From Spirochaetaceae bacterium (GTDB taxonomy: Bacteria > Spirochaetota > Spirochaetia > DSM-27196 > SLAA01): 61,638 nt of DNA. The translations under genes and the position numbers were made by a program. This document shows positions 52,850 through 61,624 of the stretch, one piece after another. A model generated the notes under the pieces. That model was not told the origin of the DNA. It made no database searches and was given only the letters and a program-made list of their open reading frames with translations. The stretch lies in the NCBI GenBank assembly GCA_003552185.1, contig PUOW01000187.1, forward strand, positions 1 through 61,638. Direction: 5' to 3'. The number at the start of each line of letters is the position of its first letter. The first letter of the stretch is position 1.

Positions 52850-54008
52850 CACGCTGTGTTCTCTGCGACCGGCCGTCGGCCCCGGCCTCACTCTCGGCGG
52901 ACGAGCTCGGCGGGGGCAGCCCGAGGTGGGTATACGCGAGCGGCGTGCAGACACGCCCGCGCGGCGTGCGTTGTAGGAAGCCGCTTTGTATGAGAAACGG
53001 CTCGTAGAAATCCTCGAGGGTGTCTATAGCCTCTCCGATAGAGATCGCGAGCGTCTCGGCGCCGACCGGACCGCCGCCGTAATGCGCGATAATCACCTCG
53101 AGAATGCGACGGTCATGGCGCTCGAGGCCGTATCCGTCTATCTGAAGCCGGGTGAGACTTTCTTGCACGATATCGGCGGTAATGGTGCCGTCGCCGAGCA
53201 CCTGTGCGAAGTCTCGCACCCTGCGAAGCAAGCGGTTCGCCACCCGCGGGGTGCCGCGTGCGCTTTGCGCCAGGAGCCGAAGCGCTTCGGGCTGTACCGA
53301 AACCTCGAGAATCTCGGCCGAGCGATGCAACACCTGCTGCAGCTCCTCGACGCTGTAGAACTCAAGCCGAATCGTGATCCCGAACCGACTGTAGAGCGGC
53401 CCCGAGATGAGTCCCGCCTTCGTGGTAGCTCCCACTAGCGTAAACGGAGCGATCGGAATGCGAATGGTACGCGCGGAAGGACCTTGGCCGATCACCCAGT
53501 CTATCTCGAAGTCTTCCATCGCGATATACAGCATCTCCTCGATAGCGGGTCGGAGCCGATGGATCTCATCGATAAAGAATACCGTGTTGCGCGACACAGT
53601 CGTGAGAATGCCGGCGAGATCCTTCGGCTTCTCAAGAGCCGGTGCGGCGGTAACCTTGAACTCGGCATTTAGCTCGTGCGCCATGATACCGGCGAGCGTC
53701 GTCTTCCCGAGCCCCGGCGGACCGTTGAAGAACACATGGTCGAGACTATCGCCCCGGTCGCGCGCGGCTTGGATGAAGACCTCGAGATTTCGCTTGATCT
53801 CGGACTGCCCTTGAAACTCACCGAGCCGCGACGGGCGCAGCCGTGCCTCGTGCAGATCCTCGGCGCCCGCCTCGCTCCGGAGCAGGGCTCCGTCGCCGGC
53901 CCCGGAGCCCTGCTCAAACCCCGAGCCCACCGATTGCGGGTCGATCGGGTTTGAGCTCGTCGGCTCTGAGTCTTGATCTGAATACCCGTTCAATGAATGA
54001 TCGCTCAT
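52824..54008 (-). CDS. ruvB: Holliday junction branch migration helicase RuvB
   Basis: 394 aa. [12 protein letters not shown], Walker [20 protein letters not shown]. About 45 aa of low-complexity N-terminal extension. The C-terminal tail overlaps the queA start. Confidence 0.95.
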   Translation of the reverse strand: MSDHSLNGYSDQDSEPTSSNPIDPQSVGSGFEQGSGAGDGALLRSEAGAEDLHEARLRPSRLGEFQGQSEIKRNLEVFIQAARDRGDSLDHVFFNGPPGLGKTTLAGIMAHELNAEFKVTAAPALEKPKDLAGILTTVSRNTVFFIDEIHRLRPAIEEMLYIAMEDFEIDWVIGQGPSARTIRIPIAPFTLVGATTKAGLISGPLYSRFGITIRLEFYSVEELQQVLHRSAEILEVSVQPEALRLLAQSARGTPRVANRLLRRVRDFAQVLGDGTITADIVQESLTRLQIDGYGLERHDRRILEVIIAHYGGGPVGAETLAISIGEAIDTLEDFYEPFLIQSGFLQRTPRGRVCTPLAYTHLGLPPPSSSAESEAGADGRSQRTQRDEDQRFLF

Positions 54009-54045
54009 ACGTTCGTTTTAGCACCCGCCCCAGGAGCGCTCCCGT

Positions 54046-54657
54046 TCAACTGAGCGCAATAATCGCCCGTCGAAACGCTTCTTGCTCGCGCGCGGCGTTG
54101 TCGAGCCCCTGCTGCTCGAGCTCACCCATCGCGCGTTCGATCGCCTCACGCGCCGCTTTTCGATCAAAGCCCATCTCGGATAATGCAACCACGAGTTCTG
54201 CGTTTGCCCCGCCGCCGTCTTCGGCCCCCTCGGACTGCTCGCGGTCGGAGGCGCTCACCAGCTTTCCTTGTAGCGCAAGCACGATCTTCTGCGCGGTTTT
54301 CTTACCGAGCCCCGGTATGGTGGAAAGCCCGTCGAGATTCCCGGACTCGAGCATCGAGACGAAGCTGTCGAGGCTGGTTCCCGAGAGGATGCGGATCGCC
54401 TGCTTGGGCCCGATACCGGATATCTTGATGAGCTCGAGAAAGACCGCCCGCTCGGCCTCGGTGGCGAAGCCGTATAGCGTCATCGCGTCCTCGCGGTGAT
54501 GGAGATACACGAACACGCGTACGCGCCGGCGCCCGGCGCGCGCCATCTCGGCCACCGTCCCGCCGGAGGCCTCGAGCTGCCACTCAACGCCGCCGGTGTT
54601 CAACCTGAGCGTGGTACCGATCGCGTGCGAGACCTCACCGGTCAAGCTGTTGAACAC
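54046..54657 (-). CDS. ruvA: Holliday junction DNA-binding protein RuvA
   Basis: 203 aa. MFNSLTGEV..., and HhH motifs ISGIGPKQAIRIL and IPGLGKKTAQKIVL. Confidence 0.93.
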   Translation of the reverse strand: MFNSLTGEVSHAIGTTLRLNTGGVEWQLEASGGTVAEMARAGRRRVRVFVYLHHREDAMTLYGFATEAERAVFLELIKISGIGPKQAIRILSGTSLDSFVSMLESGNLDGLSTIPGLGKKTAQKIVLALQGKLVSASDREQSEGAEDGGGANAELVVALSEMGFDRKAAREAIERAMGELEQQGLDNAAREQEAFRRAIIALS

Positions 54658-54708
54658 GCTGCCCCTCCAATTCTATCGCGCCGGGGGCCCGCCGGCGGAC
54701 CCGGCGGT

Positions 54709-55221
54709 TCACGAAGACCCGGCCAGACCGGCCTGAATGCGGCGCAGCCCCGCCGAGCTTTGCAGATGACAGATCGCAACCGCGAGCGCGTCGGCGGCGT
54801 GATCCGAGCTCGGCATCTGCTCGAGGCCCAGCAGCACCCGCACAAGCTCTTGCACCTGTTGCTTCTCGGCCCTACCTCGGCCCACAATCGCGAGCTTGAT
54901 CTCCTGCGGGGAGTACTCGTGTGCGGGCACACCGGCTTGCTCGAGCGCGAGCAGCATTACGCCACGCGCCTGTGCTACCGGTAGCGCGCTCGAGACGTTT
55001 CGCGCGAAGTACAGCGTCTCGACCGCGGCCTCGGAAGGCCGATAGCGCTCCACAACCCGCGTTAAACCGCGATGAATCGCCTGCAGCCGCTCGCCGGGCG
55101 TGTCTGAGCTTGAGCTACGAAACACTTCATGGCCCAGATGTCGGAACCGGCCGCCGTACTCACCCACAACCCCAAACCCGGTTGAGGCGAGGCCCGGGTC
55201 GATCCCTACAACAACTCTCAT
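54709..55221 (-). CDS. ruvC: crossover junction endodeoxyribonuclease RuvC
   Basis: MRVVVGIDPGLASTGFGVV is the canonical RuvC N-terminus, so the start is placed at ATG 55221. The track start 55278 would overlap yebC. Confidence 0.9.
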   Translation of the reverse strand: MRVVVGIDPGLASTGFGVVGEYGGRFRHLGHEVFRSSSSDTPGERLQAIHRGLTRVVERYRPSEAAVETLYFARNVSSALPVAQARGVMLLALEQAGVPAHEYSPQEIKLAIVGRGRAEKQQVQELVRVLLGLEQMPSSDHAADALAVAICHLQSSAGLRRIQAGLAGSS

Positions 55222-55274
55222 CGCAGCACCATACCCGCCCGGCGACGCGCTCGCGTTTGCGCCGAGACCCGCGG

Positions 55275-56018
55275 TCACGCGTCGAACTCGTAGTCCTCGG
55301 GAATCTCGATATTGCTCGAGACCGTCTGGACGTCGTCATGATCGTCGAGCGTCTCGATGAGTTTCAAGGCCTTGGCGGTTTTTTCGTGATCTAGCTCTAC
55401 GGTGGCATCCGGCACGTTTGAGATCTCGGCATACCGATGCGTAAAGCCTTCGTTCTGCATGAACTCGAGTACCTGATTGAACTGCTCGGGGGCGCACGTT
55501 ACCTCGATCGAGTCACCGCTCGTCTCGACGTCGTCGGCACCCGCTTCGAGCGCTTTCTCAAGCACCTCGTCCTCGCTGTAGCTCTCGAGATCGTAGGCGA
55601 TAATACCTTTGCGCTGAAAGAGATAAGAAACGCATCCGTTCTCACCGAGATTGCCTCCGCCCTTCGAGAAGATGCTGCGCACATCGGCGGCGGTGCGATT
55701 ACGGTTATCGGTCAGGGCCTCTACCATGATCGCGACGCCGCCGGGACCGTAGCCCTCGTAGATGATCTCGGTATAGTCTACGCCCTCGAGTTCGCCCGTA
55801 CCTTTCTTGATCGCGCGGTCGATGTTCTCTTTCGGCATGTTGTTGGTTCTGGCCTTGGAGACCGCGGTACGCAGGCGCGGATTCGCCTCGATATCACCGC
55901 CGCCGAGACGAGCCGAGACCGTGATCTCTTTTATCAACTTTGTAAATAGTTTCCCGCGCTTGGCATCCATAGCGCCTTTCTTGTGACGTATGGTTGCCCA
56001 TTTGCTATGGCCTGACAT
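55275..56018 (-). CDS. yebC: YebC/PmpR family DNA-binding transcriptional regulator
   Basis: 247 aa. MSGHSKWATIRHKKGAMDAKRGKLFTKL is the family signature. Classical yebC-ruvC-ruvA-ruvB order. Confidence 0.93.
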   Translation of the reverse strand: MSGHSKWATIRHKKGAMDAKRGKLFTKLIKEITVSARLGGGDIEANPRLRTAVSKARTNNMPKENIDRAIKKGTGELEGVDYTEIIYEGYGPGGVAIMVEALTDNRNRTAADVRSIFSKGGGNLGENGCVSYLFQRKGIIAYDLESYSEDEVLEKALEAGADDVETSGDSIEVTCAPEQFNQVLEFMQNEGFTHRYAEISNVPDATVELDHEKTAKALKLIETLDDHDDVQTVSSNIEIPEDYEFDA

Positions 56019-56042
56019 GTTATCTCCCGTTTAGTGTGCAAA

Positions 56043-56072
56043 ACGCTACCATGCATGATCTTACGCTGTCAA
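56043..56072 (-). promoter_or_regulatory. candidate sigma-70-type promoter for yebC-ruvCAB-queA
   Basis: Minus strand has TTGACA (56072..56067), 18 nt, TAGCGT (56048..56043). A GGGAG SD lies before the yebC ATG. Pattern match only. Confidence 0.3.
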
Positions 56073-56093
56073 CAAAGCGCCCTCACAGCGCTC

Positions 56094-56930
56094 CTACAGT
56101 ACTTCGAAACGGCCGAACGGAAAGTAGCGCAGCGTGACGCGCGCCTTCAACCGCTCAAACGACACGACGCCCCAGTGACGGGAGTCGAGCGAGCGGGGGC
56201 GGTTATCTCCCGCAACGAAATACTCGTCGGGGCCCAGCTCAAACTCCGCCTCGGCCCCGGTCAAGCCGCGGATCGGGCCTACCGAGTCGACACCGTCCTC
56301 GCGAAACAGCTCGTACGGACGAGCCGCACGCTCGAACTCCGAACGAACTCCGCTCGCGCCGGCGGTCTGCGATTCCGGCGAGTCCGGGCCCACGATCACC
56401 TGCGCACGATGGTCTTCAAAGCGCACCCGATCGCCCGGCAGTCCTATAACGCGCTTCACCACCACCGGAGAGCGCCAGGTATCCTCCCCGCGCTGTAGCG
56501 AAAACCGCTGCGCCGTGAAGAACCGTACAACCGGATCGAAAAGCCGCACCGCGAGCATCGGCGGCTCATAATACGGAGGCTCGACGAGCACGAGCTCACC
56601 CCGCCTCGGGGGCGTGGGCCCCGGCAGACGGTAGCCGATTAACGGCACCCTCGCACCGTACAGCAACGGCACCGCCAGCACGCGATCACCGCTCTCGAGC
56701 GTCGGAAGCATTGCCTCGGAACTCACCGCGTACGACTGCACAAAGAACGCCGACAGGACTTGAAACGTCACAAACAACAGCACCAGAAGCCGCAGCGCGC
56801 GGCGCAGCACCGACGGCGGCCGTCGGCCGCGGTGGTACAAGCTGAACTGCCGGCGGGCCGAGCGCGACTGCGCTGAACGCGTCCTGCGAGCCGAGCCGAA
56901 GCGGAGAGAACGCGAAGAATCTTTGCGCAT
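56094..56930 (-). CDS. signal peptidase I (S26) paralogue with Ala at the expected nucleophile position
   Basis: 278 aa. TM anchor LLVLLFVTFQVLSAFFV. Box B reads SSEAMLPTL instead of S-M-x-P-T-L. Box D VVKRVIGLPGDRV and box E GDNRPRSLDSRHWG are intact. Confidence 0.75.
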   Translation of the reverse strand: MRKDSSRSLRFGSARRTRSAQSRSARRQFSLYHRGRRPPSVLRRALRLLVLLFVTFQVLSAFFVQSYAVSSEAMLPTLESGDRVLAVPLLYGARVPLIGYRLPGPTPPRRGELVLVEPPYYEPPMLAVRLFDPVVRFFTAQRFSLQRGEDTWRSPVVVKRVIGLPGDRVRFEDHRAQVIVGPDSPESQTAGASGVRSEFERAARPYELFREDGVDSVGPIRGLTGAEAEFELGPDEYFVAGDNRPRSLDSRHWGVVSFERLKARVTLRYFPFGRFEVL

Positions 56931-56980
56931 ATCGCCTACCCGAACAGCCTATTCACCGGATGGCCTACTCAACTGCATGC

Positions 56981-57976
56981 CTATTCAATAGCACCGAACC
57001 GGTCGAGCGGCCAGTACTTGATCATACCGCGACCTAACACACGGCCGGAGTCCACCGGACCGAAGTTGCGTCCGTCGAGCGAGTTGTCACGGTTGTCGCC
57101 GAGCATCAGTATTCCGTTTTCGGGAATATACCAGCCGTTTTCATACCGTAGGGCCTCGTGTCGTGTGCTACGATCATGCGGATGCGCCATCAGCCGTGTG
57201 CGCTCGCGCCATTTGTTGAAGTAAATCGCGTCCGGGTAGCCGACGGCACGTAACTCGCTCATCGCCTCGCGCGCGAAATCCGGAGGGCCGATTCCCAAAT
57301 CGCGGTACGCCGACACCACCGCTCCGCCACGGATCGCGGGGTAGTCGTCCGACTCGAGCTTTCGGTTTACCGGATAGCTGATCCCGGCCTTGTCTTGAAA
57401 CGCGGCCTCGCTCATCCAACCGTGTTCGCCCTGCGGTAGTATCTCGAGTTCTCCATCGCGCAAGCGGAAGCGGTCGTGCCCCATGCCGACCGCACGCTTG
57501 ATGAGAAACTGCGCACGCGGCATACCGTGCTCATCACGGTCGATATCAACCATCGAAAGCGTCAGCATGTAGATCACCCGTTGCAGCACCTCGAACGCCG
57601 GCCCACGGCTGACGTACGCGGGATTCTCAAAAATCACGACCTCGTTTCGCTCGGGCTCTCGAAACCCAGGCACCTTCGCCATACCCGGTATCAACTCAGG
57701 CCCGAACACGAGCTTGTTTACGAACACACGGTCTTGCTCGAGGAGGGTGTTTTTCATTGACCCGGTGGGAATCTGGTACGCCTGCAAGAGGTATTGATTG
57801 ATCAGCAACACTACCAGCGCCGCCCAGAGAAACGACTCAACCCAGTCGAGTATCACGTTCTTTTGTTTGAGGCGCTCGAGCTTGCGGTGCTTGCGTATGC
57901 GCCGCCATGTCAGAAAGCGTTCGGTCTCGCTCACAAGGCGCCGCGAAAACGCGCGATAGCGCTCGTCCATAGCCAT
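56981..57976 (-). CDS. lepB: signal peptidase I
   Basis: 331 aa. TM anchor, box B IPTGSMKNTLLEQDRVFV, box D FLIKRAVGMGHDRF, box E LGDNRDNSLDGRNFG. Confidence 0.85.
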   Translation of the reverse strand: MAMDERYRAFSRRLVSETERFLTWRRIRKHRKLERLKQKNVILDWVESFLWAALVVLLINQYLLQAYQIPTGSMKNTLLEQDRVFVNKLVFGPELIPGMAKVPGFREPERNEVVIFENPAYVSRGPAFEVLQRVIYMLTLSMVDIDRDEHGMPRAQFLIKRAVGMGHDRFRLRDGELEILPQGEHGWMSEAAFQDKAGISYPVNRKLESDDYPAIRGGAVVSAYRDLGIGPPDFAREAMSELRAVGYPDAIYFNKWRERTRLMAHPHDRSTRHEALRYENGWYIPENGILMLGDNRDNSLDGRNFGPVDSGRVLGRGMIKYWPLDRFGAIE

Positions 57977-58040
57977 CGGACGCTACCACACCCCGCTCGA
58001 ATTGACAAGCGCCGGGCCTTGTCAATATAATTCGCCGACT

Positions 58041-59804
58041 ATGAACAAGAAACCGGCCGAACGCACACCGCCGGCCGAGGAGTTAACGCCCCCGCCGGTT
58101 CGCTTACGGCCGCTGTTCGGCGTTGCGCCCGAGCATTATCTACCCGCACTGTACCTTGCAGTTATCGTCGTCATTCTTCTGGCGATATTCGTGCTGCCTG
58201 CGCTCCGGAATCCGGGAGTGAATGTACGAGTTCACAGTACGCCGCCGGGAGCTTCGTTGTATATCGACGGCACGCGGGTCGACTCCACCCCGAGCACGGT
58301 GTTTCTCGAGCGCGGTACGCGAGAGCTTCGGCTTTCGCATCCTTGGTTTCACGACAAGAACTTCACCTACGAGGCGGGCAACCAACTCGTTCGCGTTCCG
58401 TTTCGGCCACGCACGCGCCCGGTTTCGAGACGTCTTGAGTTACACGACCCCGCCGGCCTCTTAACCGCCGCCGCCTCGGAGTTCGCCTCCTGGGCGCTTG
58501 CCGAGCCGCCGACCGACCGCCGGCCTCGCCCAACGGTCCTCACCGACGCGGTGCGCGCCTGGTACGCCGAGCCCGAGCATCGGCCGCCCGAGCGTCGCGC
58601 GCTGTTGCCGGGCAGCGGCTCCCGCGCAGGTCATGACACCGCATCTGCGCCCATCCAGCCCGATCCGGCAGACGTAGACAATCTCACTACCGCCGACCTT
58701 CTGCGCGTAACCGCCGGCCTCCTTGAACACGAGGGCGCGGCGGCCGACTATCTCGGGGCGCTCGCCGGCGATCGCTCCGCCGGAGGCGTGCTCTCCGGCC
58801 CCGCCACACTCGAAATCGTGCAAAATACCATACACGCTCACAATAATTCTCATGCATTCTTTGCTCTCCTTACTGAGGTTATGCCGCCGGATCTCCGAGA
58901 ACACATAGCGGCGAGCGATTGGTATCGCAGCGAGCGCGACCGGCTCGACACCGCGACCGCCGCCGCATCGCAGGAAGAGATACCGATTGAACTCGAAGAG
59001 CCCCGGCTCGAGCAACACGCCGGTGTCGAGTTTCTGCGCGTCCCGGCGGTGGAGTCGCTCCTCGGGATGCAACGCGATGCCCCCCAGCCGCTCGAACGCC
59101 TGCGCGCACCGCACCTCGTGCAGTCGGGCGAGTTTCGCTTGATGCGCAGCCCGGTAAGCAACGCCCTTTTTGAGCAGTTTCTCGCAGATCGGCCGGAGTG
59201 GGGACCGGAGCACACCGAGGAACTTCGTGATCAAGGCCTCGTGACGCAGGATCACCTCGCCGAGCACGCTTCCGAACTCGAGACCGGCGAGCACGAAGCC
59301 TGGTTGGGCCGGCCGGTCCGCTACGTTTCGTATCCGGTAGCCGAGGCCTTTGTGTCATGGTTTAACGAGCAACTCGCAGCCGAGGGAAGCGAGTTCGTCG
59401 CGCGGCTCCCGTCCTCCGAGGAATGGGAGCTCACGGCACAGCTCGACGGCGCCGACCTGTTCGAGCCGGTTTATCGAAACGGATTTCTCTCGGGACCGGC
59501 GGCAGTAGAGGACGCGACCGCCGGCAACCTCGGGTTTCATCACCTTATGGGCAACACCTGGGAATGGACCTCGTCGGCTTTTCTGCCGGCGGTGTATGCG
59601 CTTCGGCCGTTTCACAACCACACAAGCGAACTCACAAGCGCTCATGAGCCGTTGCAGAACGCAATTCCGTATCGAGCCGTACGTGGAGGCTCCTGGGCCA
59701 ATCGTCCCGGCGAAGTCTCCCTTGCCGCGGTCGGCGCGCATCCATATTACTGGAGCAGCCCGTTTCTCGGTTTTCGGTTGGCGCTCGTCGCGGTCGAGGA
59801 ATGA
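58041..59804 (+). CDS. membrane-anchored PEGA-domain + formylglycine-generating-enzyme-like (SUMF1/EgtB/PvdO family) protein
   Basis: TM helix LPALYLAVIVVILLAIFVLPAL. A PEGA-like unit VRVHSTPPGASLYIDGTRVDSTPSTVFLERGTRELRL. C-terminal FGE-sulfatase-type motifs (GNTWEWTSS..., RAVRGGSWANRP). Start placed at ATG 58041; the track TTG 58002 is also possible. Confidence 0.7.
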   Translation: MNKKPAERTPPAEELTPPPVRLRPLFGVAPEHYLPALYLAVIVVILLAIFVLPALRNPGVNVRVHSTPPGASLYIDGTRVDSTPSTVFLERGTRELRLSHPWFHDKNFTYEAGNQLVRVPFRPRTRPVSRRLELHDPAGLLTAAASEFASWALAEPPTDRRPRPTVLTDAVRAWYAEPEHRPPERRALLPGSGSRAGHDTASAPIQPDPADVDNLTTADLLRVTAGLLEHEGAAADYLGALAGDRSAGGVLSGPATLEIVQNTIHAHNNSHAFFALLTEVMPPDLREHIAASDWYRSERDRLDTATAAASQEEIPIELEEPRLEQHAGVEFLRVPAVESLLGMQRDAPQPLERLRAPHLVQSGEFRLMRSPVSNALFEQFLADRPEWGPEHTEELRDQGLVTQDHLAEHASELETGEHEAWLGRPVRYVSYPVAEAFVSWFNEQLAAEGSEFVARLPSSEEWELTAQLDGADLFEPVYRNGFLSGPAAVEDATAGNLGFHHLMGNTWEWTSSAFLPAVYALRPFHNHTSELTSAHEPLQNAIPYRAVRGGSWANRPGEVSLAAVGAHPYYWSSPFLGFRLALVAVEE

Positions 59805-59897
59805 CCGGAACCGAGCAGGCCCGCGACCGTGCGGCGCTCCGACCGCTCAACTGCGTCCCGGCCGCATCCCGGCCGCGGCGAGGCCCACGCCCGCACA

Positions 59898-59918
59898 GTT
59901 GCGGGTTGCGGGTTGCGT
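59898..59918. repeat. 7-bp tandem repeat (gttgcgg, gttgcgg, gttgcgt) upstream of smpB
   Basis: Read directly. The last copy plus agcaac forms a short GTTGC-gta-GCAAC hairpin. Confidence 0.7.
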
Positions 59919-59957
59919 AGCAACAAACACCTAAAGGAAGCCTGAGGCACCGTAGAG

Positions 59958-60410
59958 ATGGGACAATCACAACTCGCCCGAAACAAGAAAGCATTTCACG
60001 ATTTCACCGTTGAAGAGTCGCTTGAGTGCGGTATAGCGCTGCAAGGCACCGAGGTGAAATCGATCAAGTCCGGCCGGTTTTCGTTCGCAGACTCGCACGC
60101 GCGTATTCGCGACGACGAGTTATACCTCGTGGGACTGCATATCAGCGAGTACGATCACGGCAACATCTACAACCACAAGCCCACGCGCGAGCGTCGTCTG
60201 CTCGCGCACAAACAAGAGATCAAACGGCTGCGACGCCGCGTAACCGAGAAAGGGTATACCTTAGTGCCGCTGCGGATCTATCTCAAGAAGGGGCTCGTGA
60301 AGGTTGAGATCGGGCTCTGCAAAGGCAAAAAGCTGCACGACAAACGCGAAGCCATTAAGGCCCGTGACATGAAACGGGAGCAAGCACGCGAGATGAAGGG
60401 GAACTTATGA
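59958..60410 (+). CDS. smpB: SsrA-binding protein SmpB
   Basis: 150 aa. NKKAFHDFTVEESLECGIALQGTEVKSIK and LLAHKQEIKRL are canonical SmpB. Confidence 0.95.
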   Translation: MGQSQLARNKKAFHDFTVEESLECGIALQGTEVKSIKSGRFSFADSHARIRDDELYLVGLHISEYDHGNIYNHKPTRERRLLAHKQEIKRLRRRVTEKGYTLVPLRIYLKKGLVKVEIGLCKGKKLHDKREAIKARDMKREQAREMKGNL

Positions 60411-61201
60411 ACACCGAACAACTCAACGCCGAGGAACTGCAGGACGCTCGCTCGTTCGCCGAGCAGATCGCTCAGGAGGCCGGTGAACTAACGCTGGGCT
60501 ATTTCCGGAAGCCGATCGAGGTAGAGCGCAAACTCGATAACTCGCCGGTGACAATTGCCGACCGTGAATCGGAGTCTTTGCTTCGCGAGCGCATTCTGCA
60601 CCGGTACCCCGAACACGCGGTCATCGGCGAAGAGTTCGGCGAGGGCGGCGATCACGGAAGTAGTTTCACCTGGGTGCTCGACCCGATCGACGGCACCAAG
60701 TCGTTCGTGAAGGGCATCCCGCTCTATTGCGTACTGGTGGCGCTTCTCCATGAGCAACAACCGCTCCTCGGAGTCATTCACAACCCCGCGCTCGGCGAGA
60801 CCGTTTCAGCGGCCCACAACGCCGGCTGCAGCTATCAAGGCCGGCCCACCTCGGTGAGCTCGGAAACAGATCTTTCGGACGCGTGGCTCATGGTAACCGA
60901 CCCCGCCGATATGGCGCGGCTGCAGCCGGAGTTCGGCCGGAGACTCTACAGCGCCTTCGGGCACGTACGCACCTGGGCCGACGCCTACGGCTACCTGCTG
61001 GTTGCAACCGGCCGAGCCGAGGCGATGATAGACCCTATCATGAATCTCTGGGATATTGCAGCGCTAAAGCCGATTATTGAGGAGGCCGGTGGCCGCTTCA
61101 CCGATATCGACGGCAACGACGACCCGACCGGCAGCAGTGCGATAGCCGCCGCTCCGGCCATTCACGACGCTGTGCTTGCGCTGCGCCGGCGCGCGCGTTA
61201 A
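60407..61201 (+). CDS. inositol monophosphatase family protein (IMPase/HisN-like)
   Basis: 264 aa. VTIADRESE, WVLDPIDGTKSFV and WDIAALKPIIEEAGG motifs. ATGA overlap with the smpB stop. Confidence 0.8.
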   Translation: MNTEQLNAEELQDARSFAEQIAQEAGELTLGYFRKPIEVERKLDNSPVTIADRESESLLRERILHRYPEHAVIGEEFGEGGDHGSSFTWVLDPIDGTKSFVKGIPLYCVLVALLHEQQPLLGVIHNPALGETVSAAHNAGCSYQGRPTSVSSETDLSDAWLMVTDPADMARLQPEFGRRLYSAFGHVRTWADAYGYLLVATGRAEAMIDPIMNLWDIAALKPIIEEAGGRFTDIDGNDDPTGSSAIAAAPAIHDAVLALRRRAR

Positions 61202-61212
61202 CGAATTAAAGC

Positions 61213-61563
61213 TGGAGGTGGTGGGAATCGAACCCACGTCCTGAAGTCCAAGCGGAACGCATCTACAGGTTTAGTCGCCTGATTATTGCTTCAGACGAGG
61301 AGGTTCAGGCGACCGACCCATCCTCGTCCTAAGCCCGCTAACGTGTCCCCCGCGCTTCGCGAGCGCAGCACGAGGTAAGCCCTGGTGTCTTTCAGGTAAT
61401 CACGGCATTCAGAGCTGCACGCCGTGTACCCGTGGCCGCAATGTTATGCAGCCAGTGCGAAATCTGCTTCGTTGGCAGGTAAATTGGTTGTCGGTTAAGG
61501 AGACGACGCTCCACCTGCAGCGAACTCGCTTGCGCGAACCTCAGTCGAAGCCTTGACACCCCC
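61213..61563 (-). ncRNA. ssrA: tmRNA (SsrA), one-piece; tag reading frame 61476..61444 encodes (A)NEADFALAA-stop
   Basis: On the minus strand the 5' end GGGGGTGTCAAGGCTTCGAC pairs with the 3' end CACCTCCA, giving a 7-bp acceptor stem with a G3-U pair. The T-arm is GGACGTGGGTTCGATTCCCAC. The internal ORF is GCC AAC GAA GCA GAT TTC GCA CTG GCT GCA TAA. CCA is not encoded. About 351 nt. Confidence 0.93.
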
Positions 61564-61595
61564 TCAGATTCTGCAGAGCCAATCCTAACATCTGA

Positions 61596-61624
61596 AAGAT
61601 ACTCCGCGACCGCTGCGTTGTCAA
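61596..61624 (-). promoter_or_regulatory. candidate promoter for ssrA
   Basis: Minus strand has TTGACA (61624..61619), 17 nt, TATCTT (61601..61596). This would leave a ~25-30 nt 5' leader to be removed by RNase P. Confidence 0.5.

Noticed and set aside
52850-52954. 35-aa Arg/Pro-rich N-terminal extension of queA
   Set aside because: It overlaps the ruvB 3' end. The conserved QueA N-terminus ([14 protein letters not shown]) begins right after the internal ATG at 52849.
51974-52993. 339-aa plus-strand ORF and a 337-aa alternative minus-frame ORF over queA
   Set aside because: Off-frame or antisense to queA, whose conserved blocks are all in the annotated frame. The composition is Arg/Ala/Pro shadow-frame.
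59801-59920. 39-aa ORF (MTGTEQARDRAALRPLNCVPAASRPRRGPRPHSCGLRVA) overlapping the stop of the PEGA-FGE gene by ATGA
   Set aside because: It has Arg/Pro-rich GC-driven composition and ends inside the 7-bp tandem repeat. There is no SD and no conservation evidence, so it is likely a chance ORF.
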